Source of the DNA: Octopus sinensis
Taxonomy: Eukaryota
Assembly: GCF_006345805.1 (NCBI RefSeq)
Contig: NW_021835210.1
Coordinates: 1 to 41,841 of the forward strand
Reading direction: 5' to 3'
DNA: 41,841 nucleotides
Shown: piece by piece, positions 11,288-21,984 of the stretch
How the letters are laid out: every line of letters begins with the position of its first letter
Numbering within the stretch: the first letter of the stretch is position 1
Notes under the pieces: model-generated
Databases searched by the model: none
Seen by the model: only the letters and a program-made list of their open reading frames with translations
Told to the model about the DNA's origin: nothing
Translations under genes and position numbers: made by a program

Positions 11288-11347
11288 CCATCTAAGAATA
11301 TCTGAAGAAGGAATATTATTCCGAAATAATCATATCAGATTATGGAT
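11288..11347 (+). ncRNA. Minimal type I hammerhead ribozyme (best-formed in the window)
   Basis: ATAT-CTGAAGA-A-GGAAT ATT ATTCC-GAAA-TAA-TC/ATAT. The core is intact, stem II has 5 bp, and the AUC site is at 11331. An imperfect stem I extension is present. Confidence 0.72.
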
Positions 11348-11358
11348 GACTAAATTAC

Positions 11359-11695
11359 AACACCTTGGGCAAGTGTCTTCTACTATAGCCTCGGGCCGAC
11401 CAAAGCCTTGTGAGTGGATTTGGTAGACGGAAACTGAAAGAAGCCCGTCGTATATATGTATATATATATGCGTGTGTGTGTGTTTGTGTGTCTGTGTTTG
11501 TCCCCCTAGCATTGCTTGACAACCGATGCTGGAGTGTTATGTCCCCGCTACTTAGCGGTTCGGCAAAAAGAGACCGATAGAATAAGTAAGTACTGGGCTT
11601 ACAAAAGAATAAGTCCCGGGGTCGAGTTGCTCGATTAAAGGCGGTGCTCCAGCATGGCCGCAGTCAAATGACTGAAACAAGTAACAGAGTAAAGG
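11359..11695 (+). mobile_element. SINE family C, 5'-truncated
   Basis: Starts at CACCTTGGGCAAGT and has a complete 3' module. Confidence 0.85.
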
Positions 11696-11777
11696 TAAAT
11701 AGCCCATTGTCTATATTATAGTGCATTGTTGTACCATTCAAAACTTGTTATTCTATACATACATGTGCGTGTGTGTG

Positions 11778-11835
<58 letters not shown>

Positions 11836-11836
<1 letters not shown>

Positions 11837-12045
11837 GTATTTCGTTTGTCCCCACCGTCGTTTAACGATCGGTGCTATTTCGTTTACATCCTCACAACAT
11901 TACGGTTCGGTAAAAAGAGTACAGTAGAATAAGTACCAGACTTTTAACAAAACAAGTTCTTCGGTCGATATTTTTCGATTAAACTTTTCGAGGTAGTGCC
12001 CCAGTTTGGCCGCAGCCCAGTGAATGAAACCAATAAAAGATAAAA
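11836..12045 (+). mobile_element. Old 3' module of SINE family C after (TG)n
   Basis: Diverged match. Confidence 0.6.
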
Positions 12046-13250
12046 AGAAAGCACACACACACATTTCAGGTATACACACACACATATGCACATGTACATG
12101 CACACGCTGCCAGTCTCTCAGTTTCTATAATCAGGTAAAATCCAAAATAGAATAAGCGAAAACAAATATGAAACAAGCAAACTGAAAAACAAAGGATATA
12201 AAAATAAAAAAATATAAAAAAAGAAGAAAGAAAAAGAACAAAACAAACCAACAAAACAAACCCACGAAATACTATTTCGAAAGCAGACTGGAGCAAAATG
12301 TCAAACGAAGGTGATTCACTCAATTGAAAGAACGGAAAGGAAGTGAGTAAAGAGTGTAACACGTCTGTGAGAAGAAATATATAGAACAGAAAGGAACAAT
12401 AACAACAGAAAGTTCTTTCAACGAAAGATCTTGGCCAATAGAATTTGAGTGTGAAAAGGCCGAGAGAAAGGCAAGCAAGATAAGCGAATGCTACAACGTA
12501 AAAATAGAGCGAATATACAAACAGGCGCACGCACGCGCGAACAACGAAGAGATGAAACTTGATCCGTTTGTCTGAACTCAGCTGAATCTAAACAGAATAT
12601 GGTAAATGGCATCGAAAACTGCTTGCTTGAGAGGCCGCTATATTTTATTCCATTGGCTCTATCCAAACATCACCAACCAGCCAACCAACCAACTAGCCAA
12701 CCAACTAGCCCCCCACCCAGGTCAAGGAAGGGTGGGGAGAGAAGTAGGAGCCTCAAACCAACAAGGAAGCCACTAGCCAACATTGAGATAATCAGGAGTC
12801 TCTTAGTAGTCGTTCGACCTGCTAGAAATAGCAGCTATATCTCTATCGAATCACACCTGCGTTTGTGTTTTTTTCTTCTTCTTTGCTTTTCTTTTTAAAA
12901 TGTTCACAATGGATAATGTAGTTCTTGATACAATGTCTGAATAAAAGCCAGGATAGTCACGGCGAGGGACCCATTTGAGAGGGTTTAAACCATGATATTT
13001 ACCAGGATATCCGGGATCCATTACTATAAAGTTAGTACGTAATTAAATAACAAGCACCTTATTGAATAGCCTTATTGCCCTGGTGCAAAGCAATGCACTA
13101 GGATCCATAATATTTGTTGTTTGACAGCATATATATGTTGGTATTGGCTCCCAAGACCCAGTGCAGGCCCAAGACAAGTATTCAGTGTGCCTTGCCTTAA
13201 GGCAGCACTAGTTGATGTGTATGTGAGTGCGCGCGTCTGTGTATGATTTA

Positions 13251-13481
13251 TATTTCTTTACTGCCCACAAGGGGCTAAACATAGAGGGGACAAACAAGGA
13301 CAGACAAACGGATTAAGTCAATTACATCGACCCCAGTGCAAAACAGGTACTTTATTTATCGACCCCGAAAGGATGAAAGGCAAAGTCGACCACGGCGGAA
13401 ATTGAACTCAGAACGTAACGACAGACGAAATACTGCCAAGCATTTCGCCCGGCGTGCTAACGTTTCTACCAGCTTGCCGCC
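13251..13481 (-). mobile_element. SINE family M, tail A
   Basis: Reverse complement of the 3047-3273 family. Confidence 0.88.
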
Positions 13482-14054
13482 TATTATAGTGAATTGTCTA
13501 ATACACATCAGAGAAAGCAGCCTTCCGCGGGAGTTCTGCGATACTTGAAACAGTAATATCTTTTAATGTAAATGTTTTTGAAAAACCTTTGGGTAAAACA
13601 AGCGGGAAATTGGGTAAAAGGAGGCAATGTTAATAAATGAAAACAAGAAGAAAAGAAATTGTGTTAGCTTACGTAAGTTGTTTAATAATGCTATAAATAT
13701 TTTGGAAAAGATTACCCTTTTCAAATCGAAGAAAAGTGGGTACGAAGATATGTGTTACTTCTGTCATGTATATTTCCAGGGACCCGAATTAGTTAACAAC
13801 GCTAGCTTTCACGCCCACTCAGATACATTAGCAGATGAACTTCAAAAATGTTTCGTCGGACTACTTAAGGTTGGTAGGACGTGTTAAGAAAGATATGAAG
13901 GGGTTGTTGAGCATATTAGAAATTTCTTGTTTATTAGGATTAAACATCAAACATGTGCTGGCTCTTGTTGTCATTGTCGTCGATAGTGACGATGAATAAC
14001 GAATGATAAATGACGTTCAAAAAAGAATATTGAATGATAAAACATATGCATGCG

Positions 14055-14098
14055 CGTATCCTGATGATTGTAGGGGTGTGAAACTTGAGTCGGGAAAC
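14055..14098 (+). ncRNA. CpG-decayed minimal hammerhead motif
   Basis: GTATC-CTGATGA-TT GTA GGGG TGT-GAAA-CTTGAG-TC/GGGA. Restoring C>T changes gives stem II GCA/TGC and the stem III palindrome ACTCGAGT. The GUC site is at 14091. Confidence 0.5.
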
Positions 14099-14127
14099 AA
14101 ACTTTCAGTTTTAATACAAAAAACTAT

Positions 14128-14507
14128 GGAAGCACTCCGTCGGTTACGACGACGAGGGTTCCGGTTGATCCGATCAACGGAACAGCCTGCTCGTGAAATT
14201 AACGTGTAAGTGGCTGAGCACTCCACAGACACGTGTACCCTTAACGTAGTTCTCGGGGATATTCAGCGTGACACAGAGAGTGACAAGGCCGGCCCTTTGA
14301 AATACAGGTACAACAGAAACAGGAAGTAAGAGTGAGAGAAAGTTGTGGTGAAAGAGTACAGCAGGGATCACACCATCCCCTGCCGGAGCCTCGTGGAGCT
14401 TTAGGTGTTTTCGCTCAATAAACACTCACAACGCCCGGTCTGGGAATCGAAACCGCGATCCTACGACCGCGAGTCCGCTGCCCTAACCACTGGGCCATTG
14501 CGCCTCC
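14128..14507 (-). mobile_element. SINE family T, full length
   Basis: Near-identical to the other copies, with a short ACTAT duplication at the flanks. Confidence 0.9.
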
Positions 14508-15263
14508 ACTATACACACACACACACATACACACACATACATACATACATACATACATACATACGTACATACATACATACATACACGCGCGTGTTATTAT
14601 CATCAGCATGACTTAGTTTCACGAAAAAAGATTCATGATTCACGAAGTGATGTTGCCAAGTTCACGGCAGGCTATCTGAAATTAAGTATTAGGATGATGG
14701 AAATATTTAGAAGAAAGCTTTAACGCTGGAAGAAACCAGTGAACGCTAGTTGGTGACTTTATTTCGTTTTCCTTTTCGACGTTGCTATTTATACTTGCAG
14801 TACCATTTGTTGTTCTTGCTAGAACTGCACACAGCTGTCCTTGCACAAATAGATTAGTTGGGGAAGAGCAGACCTATTTTACTCAATGACTGACTTTGAC
14901 ATTTATCAACTTTTATTGCGAAAGTCACTCGAACTGGAAGATCTAATTGCATAAGAATTAACAGTAGAATGGCGTCAGAAAATCTCAGTTTAATTTTTGG
15001 CACAATGACATGGTTTTCGCATTCAGCTTCGGTAACAACGATGTTTCTTATGTAAATAGTTTATTCAAATAATTGTTCTCTTGAAAAAGCCTAGAGCTTC
15101 ATTTAAATTTCGCAGTAACATTAGAACACATTTGAATACATCACATTTTGAAGTTGAAACAACGAAGGTGTACCTGCTATTACAGATACCATGGCTTAGA
15201 AACTCCATTTGATAAATGTGTCGATTGTTTTCATCATTTCAGGAATCAATACTTTTGTAAGTA

Positions 15264-15645
15264 GGAGGCGCAATGGCCCAGTGGTTAGGGCAGCGGACTC
15301 GCGGTCGTAGGATCGCGGTTTCGATTCCCAGACCGGGCGTTGTGAGTGTTTATTGAGCGAAAACACCTAAAGCTCCACGAGGCTCCGGCAGGGGATGGTG
15401 GTGATCCCTGCTGTACTCTTTCACCACAACTTTCTCTCACTCTTACTTCCTGTTTCTGTTGTACCTGTATTTCAAAGGGCCGGCCTTGTCACTCTCTGTG
15501 TCACGCTGAATATCCCCGAGAACTACGTTAAGGGTACACGTGTCTGTGGAGTGCTCAGCCACTTACACGTTAATTTCACGCGCAGGCTGTTCCGTTGATT
15601 CGGATCAACCGGAACCCTCATCGTCGTAACCGACGGAGTGCTTCC
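15264..15645 (+). mobile_element. SINE family T, full length
   Basis: 12-bp TSD ACTTTTGTAAGT at 15251-15262 and 15646-15657. Confidence 0.9.
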
Positions 15646-15740
15646 ACTTTTGTAAGTGACTGTCATTATCATCCTCTCAAGAATCAATGTATATCATGCT
15701 GTTGATTGATTATTTCATAATCTTTCATGTAATTATTTAA

Positions 15741-16137
15741 TACTAGCAGTATAGCCCAGCGTTGCTCGGGTTTGTTTCGACCCTTTAGAATTGGAATTTT
15801 TAAAAAGTAAAAATTTTGCATTATGTAGCTTGTTATTCTCTTTAAGTGAACATTTTCCTGGTTGAAATACACCGAAAAATGGCGACACTGCAGTCAAAAA
15901 ATCGTAAAAAATAGGGATTTTCATAGAAAAAAAGCACCTTTTTGATGTAAATAATTTTTGGTCTTAACATGATCCAATTTGAATTTTTTTTTCTACGGAA
16001 GGAAGAGCAAGCCTTCTTGTATCATACTCTCAATTTTGGTCAACTTGCGCCGCAGGGTCTCGGAGGAGATAGTGTTAGTTGAAGGCTACCAAACCTGCCA
16101 CACACAGACAACTTCAGCTTTATATATAGAGAGAGAT
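15741..16137 (+). mobile_element. Non-autonomous Helentron/HINE (DINE-1/Lep1-like) element
   Basis: 5' TACTAGC..CCCAGCGTTGCTCGGG subterminal hairpin and 3' CACACACAGAC..TTTATATATAGAGAGAT, the architecture typical of such elements. Confidence 0.6.
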
Positions 16138-16309
16138 TTACTCTTTGATGGCATGAAAATGTGTTTTCAAGTGATTTCAGGAAATCATAATGCTCAGTCT
16201 GTGTAATTTTCATGATCAGATGAGCTACTAAAAACTTAATTTACCATTTCATTCAATATATTCTTGACATCACTTTAAACATTCAATAATATTTTCAACA
16301 AGAAGCATA

Positions 16310-16482
16310 GGCGTAGGAGTGGCTGTGTGGTAAGTAGCTTGCTTACGAACCACATGGTTCCGGGATCAGTTCCACTCCGTGGCACCTTGGGCAAGTGTTT
16401 TCTACTATAGCCTTGGATCGACCAAAGCCTTGTGAGTTAATTTGGTAGACGGAAACTGAAATAATCCCGTCATATATATCTG

Positions 16483-16549
<67 letters not shown>

Positions 16550-16772
16550 ATGTTTGTGTGTCTGTGCTTGTCCCCCCAACATCGCTTAACAACCGATCTT
16601 GGTGTGTTTACGTCCCCATAACTAAGCGATTCGGCAAAAGATACCGATAGAATAAGTACTAGGCTTACAAAGAATAAGTCCTGGGGTCGATTTATTCGAC
16701 TAAAGGCGGTGCTCCAACATGGCCACAGTCAAATGACTGAAACATGTAAAAGAGTAAACGGTAAAGAGAGTA
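16310..16772 (+). mobile_element. SINE family C, full length with expanded internal (TG)n
   Basis: Head, CORE segment, long TG tract and 3' module. Confidence 0.88.
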
Positions 16773-16843
16773 ACAGTAAGCAGAGTTACAGATACTATTT
16801 ATGGAATTTTGATTACTGTCAGGTGACTGTACCAACCCAGTAT

Positions 16844-16888
<45 letters not shown>

Positions 16889-16923
16889 TAGATAGATATA
16901 GATATATAGATATATAGATATAG

Positions 16924-16956
<33 letters not shown>

Positions 16957-17076
16957 TGTATGTATGTATTGTTATATGTAGCGATGGTCATATGTTTTTT
17001 TTCGTTTTGCCAAAAACCACGCACTGTATACTTGTTTTCACTTCAGCTTTATTATGATTCTTATATTAGTATCTTT

Positions 17077-17122
17077 TGACTGAAAATTTTCGTCACACAC
17101 CCTGTGACGTCTTCAGCTACTC
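17077..17122 (-). ncRNA. Decayed hammerhead-like Penelope end
   Basis: Minus strand reads CTGAAGA-C-GTCACA GGGTG TGTGAC-GAAA-ATTTTC. Core and 6-bp stem II are intact, stems I and III are poor. It lies between microsatellites. Confidence 0.4.
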
Positions 17123-17155
17123 TGCATCCTACAAATCTCTTCCTCTTCTAAAACA

Positions 17156-17237
<82 letters not shown>

Positions 17238-18448
17238 CGTGGTCTGATCAATAAGTATCCGGACTGTTGCCATAATAATGAAGTTAAAGCATGCAGAGTG
17301 AAGCCGCTTGGCACAGATTGACCTTAAACTTTGCTGTACATGCGCACTAAGTTTTAACTTTTACACACACTTCCGCTGTTTACAGCAGTGCTTGGTAGAA
17401 AGATCTGTAACGTATGATCATCGCATTGACCATGACAGAGAATGTTGTGTAGAGAATTTGCATCAAATTTTGCCAATAGCCCGGCAATACTTGCTCAGAG
17501 GCCTACGCAAAGTTTTCAAAAAATTTTCATTGTTCCCGATGCAATCAAGGAGGTCTTGTGCAACTGAAACCCAAGTGTCCTTTTGGTCAACTGAAAGCAG
17601 CTTTGGCACAAGTTAAGTTAAGTTAATTTTTTGGCTCAAAAAGCAAAAAGCGAGGCCATGTAGGGGGACATTGAGTTATGTACAGGGAGGGTGTTCATGC
17701 AAAGAGTTCAGGCCATTTCTGGTCAAGAGAGACTTTGAACCGAGCGGTCGTCGGCATCTTCACTATCTCGTCCGGCAGCTTATTCCACGGATCCGCAACC
17801 CGGACAGAGAAAGCCCCTCTCCTTCGATTGAGATGAAATCGTCGCAGATAGAGCTTTTCGGAATGACCCCGCAGCCGACGCTCTGGAGCAGGAGTGAAGA
17901 ACAGCTCTTTCGAGAGGTTACAAATTTGGCAGACACATGTTTCATACCCAAATCTTCAGTGAAAATGGACTGAACTGAACCATAACTAATCTACACATCC
18001 TCTGATAACTCACGAATGGTGATTCGACGATTCCTCCTCACATCTGCACGCACATCTGCGATGTTTCTCTCAATTGTGCTGGTTGCAGTTCTCTCAGAAC
18101 GTTTGTCAATATTAACATTTTTTCGGCCATCTTGGAAACGTCTGAGCCACTCGTACACTTGAGAGTGGCCCATACACTCCTCTCCATACTCTTTCTGCAA
18201 CTTTGCGTAGGCCTCTGAGGAGGTATCGCCATGACTACTTTCTCTATCACAGTCAATGCGTGCGACGATTACACGATACACACCTTCCTTCTAAGCACTG
18301 CTGTAAACAGCGGAAGTAAGATAGAAAGGTGAAGTTTAGTGTGCCTGCACAGTAGACTTGAAAGTTAATCTGTGCCAAGCGGCTTCACTCTGCATGTTTT
18401 AGCTTCATTACTATGGCAACAGTCCGGATACTTATTGATCAGATCTCG
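17238..18448 (-). mobile_element. Mariner-derived foldback element (two 5' ends), TA-flanked
   Basis: Terminal CG(TGG/AGA)TCTGATCAATAAGTATCCGGACT at both ends, with TA outside. The arms continue ~250-280 bp into the transposase start. The minus-strand N-terminal HTH reads EAYAKLQKEYGEECMGHSQVYEWLRRF...ITIRELSE..KHVSAKFV|PKLL. Confidence 0.85.
17612..17919 (-). mobile_element. 5'-truncated CR1/L2-type LINE 3' end nested in the mariner
   Basis: Minus strand reads RLRGHSEKLYLRR...AFSVRVADPWNKLPDEIV...FKVSLD*, with a (TAACT)n tail and a 4-bp duplication ACAA. Confidence 0.8.
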
Positions 18449-18487
<39 letters not shown>

Positions 18488-18539
18488 AAAGAAAGAGAGA
18501 GAAAGAACGAGAGAGAGAGACAGATATATAATTACATAC

Positions 18540-18598
<59 letters not shown>

Positions 18599-18625
18599 CA
18601 TACATAAATAGGCATAGGTAAATAG

Positions 18626-18658
<33 letters not shown>

Positions 18659-18697
18659 CAGGCAGACAGACAGAATAGATAGATAAATGGACGGATG

Positions 18698-18747
<50 letters not shown>

Positions 18748-18779
18748 CAGACAGAAAAAAAGACAGCCATCAGACAGAC

Positions 18780-18874
<95 letters not shown>

Positions 18875-18898
18875 CAGACAAAAAGACAGCCATCAGAC

Positions 18899-18982
<84 letters not shown>

Positions 18983-18985
18983 TGA
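18449..18985. repeat. Compound microsatellite (TA)(GA)(TACA)(TAGA)
   Basis: Seen directly. Confidence 0.95.
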
Positions 18986-18999
18986 TAGATAGATAAATA

Positions 19000-19128
19000 G
19001 ATAAAATTTTAGTCGAACGAATCGACCACAGTACTTATTTTTTATATACGTCTGGTACTTTTGCCGAACTGCTAAGTTATGGGGACGTAAACACGTCAAC
19101 ACCGATTGTTAAGTGGTGGTGGGGGGAC
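19000..19128 (-). mobile_element. Old SINE family C 3' fragment
   Basis: Diverged match. Confidence 0.6.
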
Positions 19129-19959
19129 AGAGGTTTTCTGTAGCTGTGATGTTCCCTTCATCTATGTCCTTGTGGCTAATAAAAGAAATTATTATTTTTG
19201 TTGTTGTTATTTCAAATTTTGGCTCAGTATTTACGTTTACATCGCGCTTCGAGCGTAAACGATGAATGACAATTTGAATGTCCTTTGTAAACGTTCTTTC
19301 AAAATAATACATGAATAATCTCATTATGAGACATTTTGCTGAAAGGTTCATCGAACTGGCGCCAGTATTACACAATTACAAAGGTTCGCGAGAGGAGAAA
19401 AGTAACAAATTTCTGCCTTGCCAAGAACACAGCAGGCTTTCTTGTTCTATCTAGTCAAGGATTGGAGATAGCTCTGGCAGATATTTTCAGTAAAATATCT
19501 TTCAGAGAGAGAGAGAGGGGGGAGGCAGGGAGGCAGGGAGACGGAGACAGACAGACAGGGAGGGAGGGAGTGGGAGAAGGGGGAAATATGACACTGTATT
19601 TGTCATTCTTAAAATAGAGGACATTGCAAAATCACAACCCTAAATAGTGCACTTGCATATACGCTAGTATTTTGGAAATAGAATCATAAAGGGGGTGGCC
19701 ACCGACAAGGAACTTGGAGACAATATCGCCACCTGGCTAAAGAGCAGGTAGTCAGTTCAGATGTAACGTTTGGCGATGAGATTGCTATGGATATTCAAAT
19801 CGTCATAAGCCCGCAATGCCATAAAACGATACCAGAACTACGTTCTGAAGCAGTTACTGAGTGTAAGGCCTTAAAGTTCATCATCCAGAGTAGATAACGT
19901 CGCTGTCAAACGAGTGGAAGCAAAACCCATTTAAAGGTCTTCTACGAAGAAAGTCCAAA

Positions 19960-20740
19960 ACGAAACAAAATAAAAAAAAACAACGACAAAAAAATGGAGG
20001 TTTCCGTCCTAGGGATGCAACGGACACAACTCATAAGTCAACAAATGAAATTGTTTTGTTCTCAGCAACACGTCATATGACACAAAAGTCACATGACTTC
20101 CAGCTCCAACCGGCGAAGTAAATGGGAGTCAACCGCCACAACAATAGCTAGTATTAAGCGACCAAGAAGTTCCTTTACACAACAGCACCACTCTTTCTAC
20201 TTACGAGGATGGGAACCAACGGTGACCGATGCGGATAAGCAAATTTCGTAAAAAAGAAAACGGAAAACTACGCAACAGAAAATTTTTTTTAAATGGGGTA
20301 CACTTGCAAAAAAGAAACCTTCTCTGTTGAGGAAAAACCTATGTCATAAAGACAAACCAATGTCCTGCAAGCTGAATCTAGATCCTGCTCTGAACGATAT
20401 CAAGACCACTGTCATTTGCAAAATAACAAACCTCGGAGGCACCTATATAGCATACAAAAGAAATTTAGGAATATGCAAACGAATCACATATTCAGAAGGA
20501 AATGGGATTACATGTTGAACTGCATAAAAATAGATAGAATACTAGTTCGTATTTCGGATAGACTTCATGACGTGTTACGTTTCGAGGATCTAAAGAACTT
20601 GGGCCAGTACTTGCCCACTGTAACATGACTGCTGTTCGCAGAATATTTTGGAATCGCCAGCCATGAACAATATTAGAAGGAAAACAATGGAAGAGTAAAC
20701 GTGGAATATCCTTGATCAGCCTATGAAGAGGTTTCATTTT
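19960..20740 (+). pseudogene. Possible very degenerate L1/Tx1-type LINE C-terminal relic
   Basis: Only weak frameshifted echoes: GG.G-like at ~19995 and CP.CNMT...IFWN at ~20612-20660. Confidence 0.25.
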
Positions 20741-20941
20741 TATATAATTATCTTGTTTAATTATTGTGTTTTATTTTGAGTTTTTAATATATATATTTCG
20801 TATAAACTTATGTGTTTTATAATTTTCATTTGTCCCATATAGTATAGCATTTTTTATAACAACCGTCTCACCGCACACGTCTTTGTAAAACATTTCTTTG
20901 TATTTTTTCTGTATCGCTTAGAGCACGTGGCTAAGAAACAC

Positions 20942-20942
20942 G

Positions 20943-21001
<59 letters not shown>

Positions 21002-21012
21002 CATCATCATCA

Positions 21013-21064
<52 letters not shown>

Positions 21065-21098
21065 CATCATCATCATCATTGTTATTATTATTATTATT
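20942..21098. repeat. (ATT)n with duplicated (ATC)n interruptions
   Basis: Seen directly. Confidence 0.95.
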
Positions 21099-21570
21099 GA
21101 GTGAGAGAGCAGCGCATGCCATCAAGGTGACACTGGAGTAAAATATAGGAAGCCCAGTATACCCATCATGACTACCCGTCTGAGAAGGGTACTCCAGACA
21201 CATGCATCACAATCATACTGCACAACATGGTGATCTTATATCAAGGTAAACAGCACATGACCTTGCAGGTGGGATCCAGTTAGAACTTAGTTCAGGTCGA
21301 GTAGCCCATCCCGCTCAAACGGTCCTCGAATAAGGGTTGTTTCAGGATGATGAACGAAACACTTATGTTTCCAGGGGTGAATTATTCAAACCCCAAAGAA
21401 TTCCTCTCGACACATGGCTTTGATGCTCCCCGACTACTTCTGCTCATGATCAAAGATGCACATATCGTCAGTCACTAAGGAACATGTTCAACTGGTTATG
21501 GTCAAGCAACTGACAAGCAAATCTATGATATTGAGCGGAATATTTGCTGTTAACACTTCCACTCAGTTAA
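21099..21570. mobile_element. Unclassified (ATT)n-flanked interspersed element (GAGTGAGAGAGCAG... family), partial
   Basis: Matches copies at 32336, 32593, 33422 and 34259. Confidence 0.8.
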
Positions 21571-21571
21571 G

Positions 21572-21785
21572 TCGATGAGCTGGCAGAATCGTTAGCGTGC
21601 CGTGGAAAATGCTTAACGGCATTTCGTCCAACTTTTCGTTCTAAGTTCAAATTCCACCGAGGTCGACTTTGCCTTTCATCCTTTCGGGGTCTATAAATTA
21701 AGTAAGTACCAGTGATGCACTTGGGTCGATACAATCGACTTGTCTCCTCCCCCAAATTTCAGGCCTTGTGCCTATAGTAGAAAGT
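21572..21785 (+). mobile_element. SINE family M, tail type B (...GGCCTTGTGCCTATAGTAGAAAG + (ATT)n)
   Basis: Same head and centre as tail-A copies, different 3' end. Confidence 0.8.
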
Positions 21786-21920
21786 ATTATTATTATTATT
21801 TTTTTTTCTTCTTTCAAATTTGCTTCCATTTCTTGCCGAGTGTCTTCCCGACTCCTAGGGCAAAGAAACTCATAGTATACATTGGTAGGCCATTAAACTA
21901 AACTCACTAGTTCGTTCATT

Positions 21921-21983
<63 letters not shown>

Positions 21984-21984
21984 T

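Noticed and set aside
14598-14625. Minus-strand GAAACTAAGTC-ATG-CTGATGA, a permuted hammerhead-like string
   Set aside because: Only 3 nt are available for stem I and stem II does not pair, so it is likely chance.
18747-18900. Repeated GACAGAAAAAAAGACAGCCATCAGACAG unit inside (TAGA)n
   Set aside because: Ordinary slippage duplication within a microsatellite.
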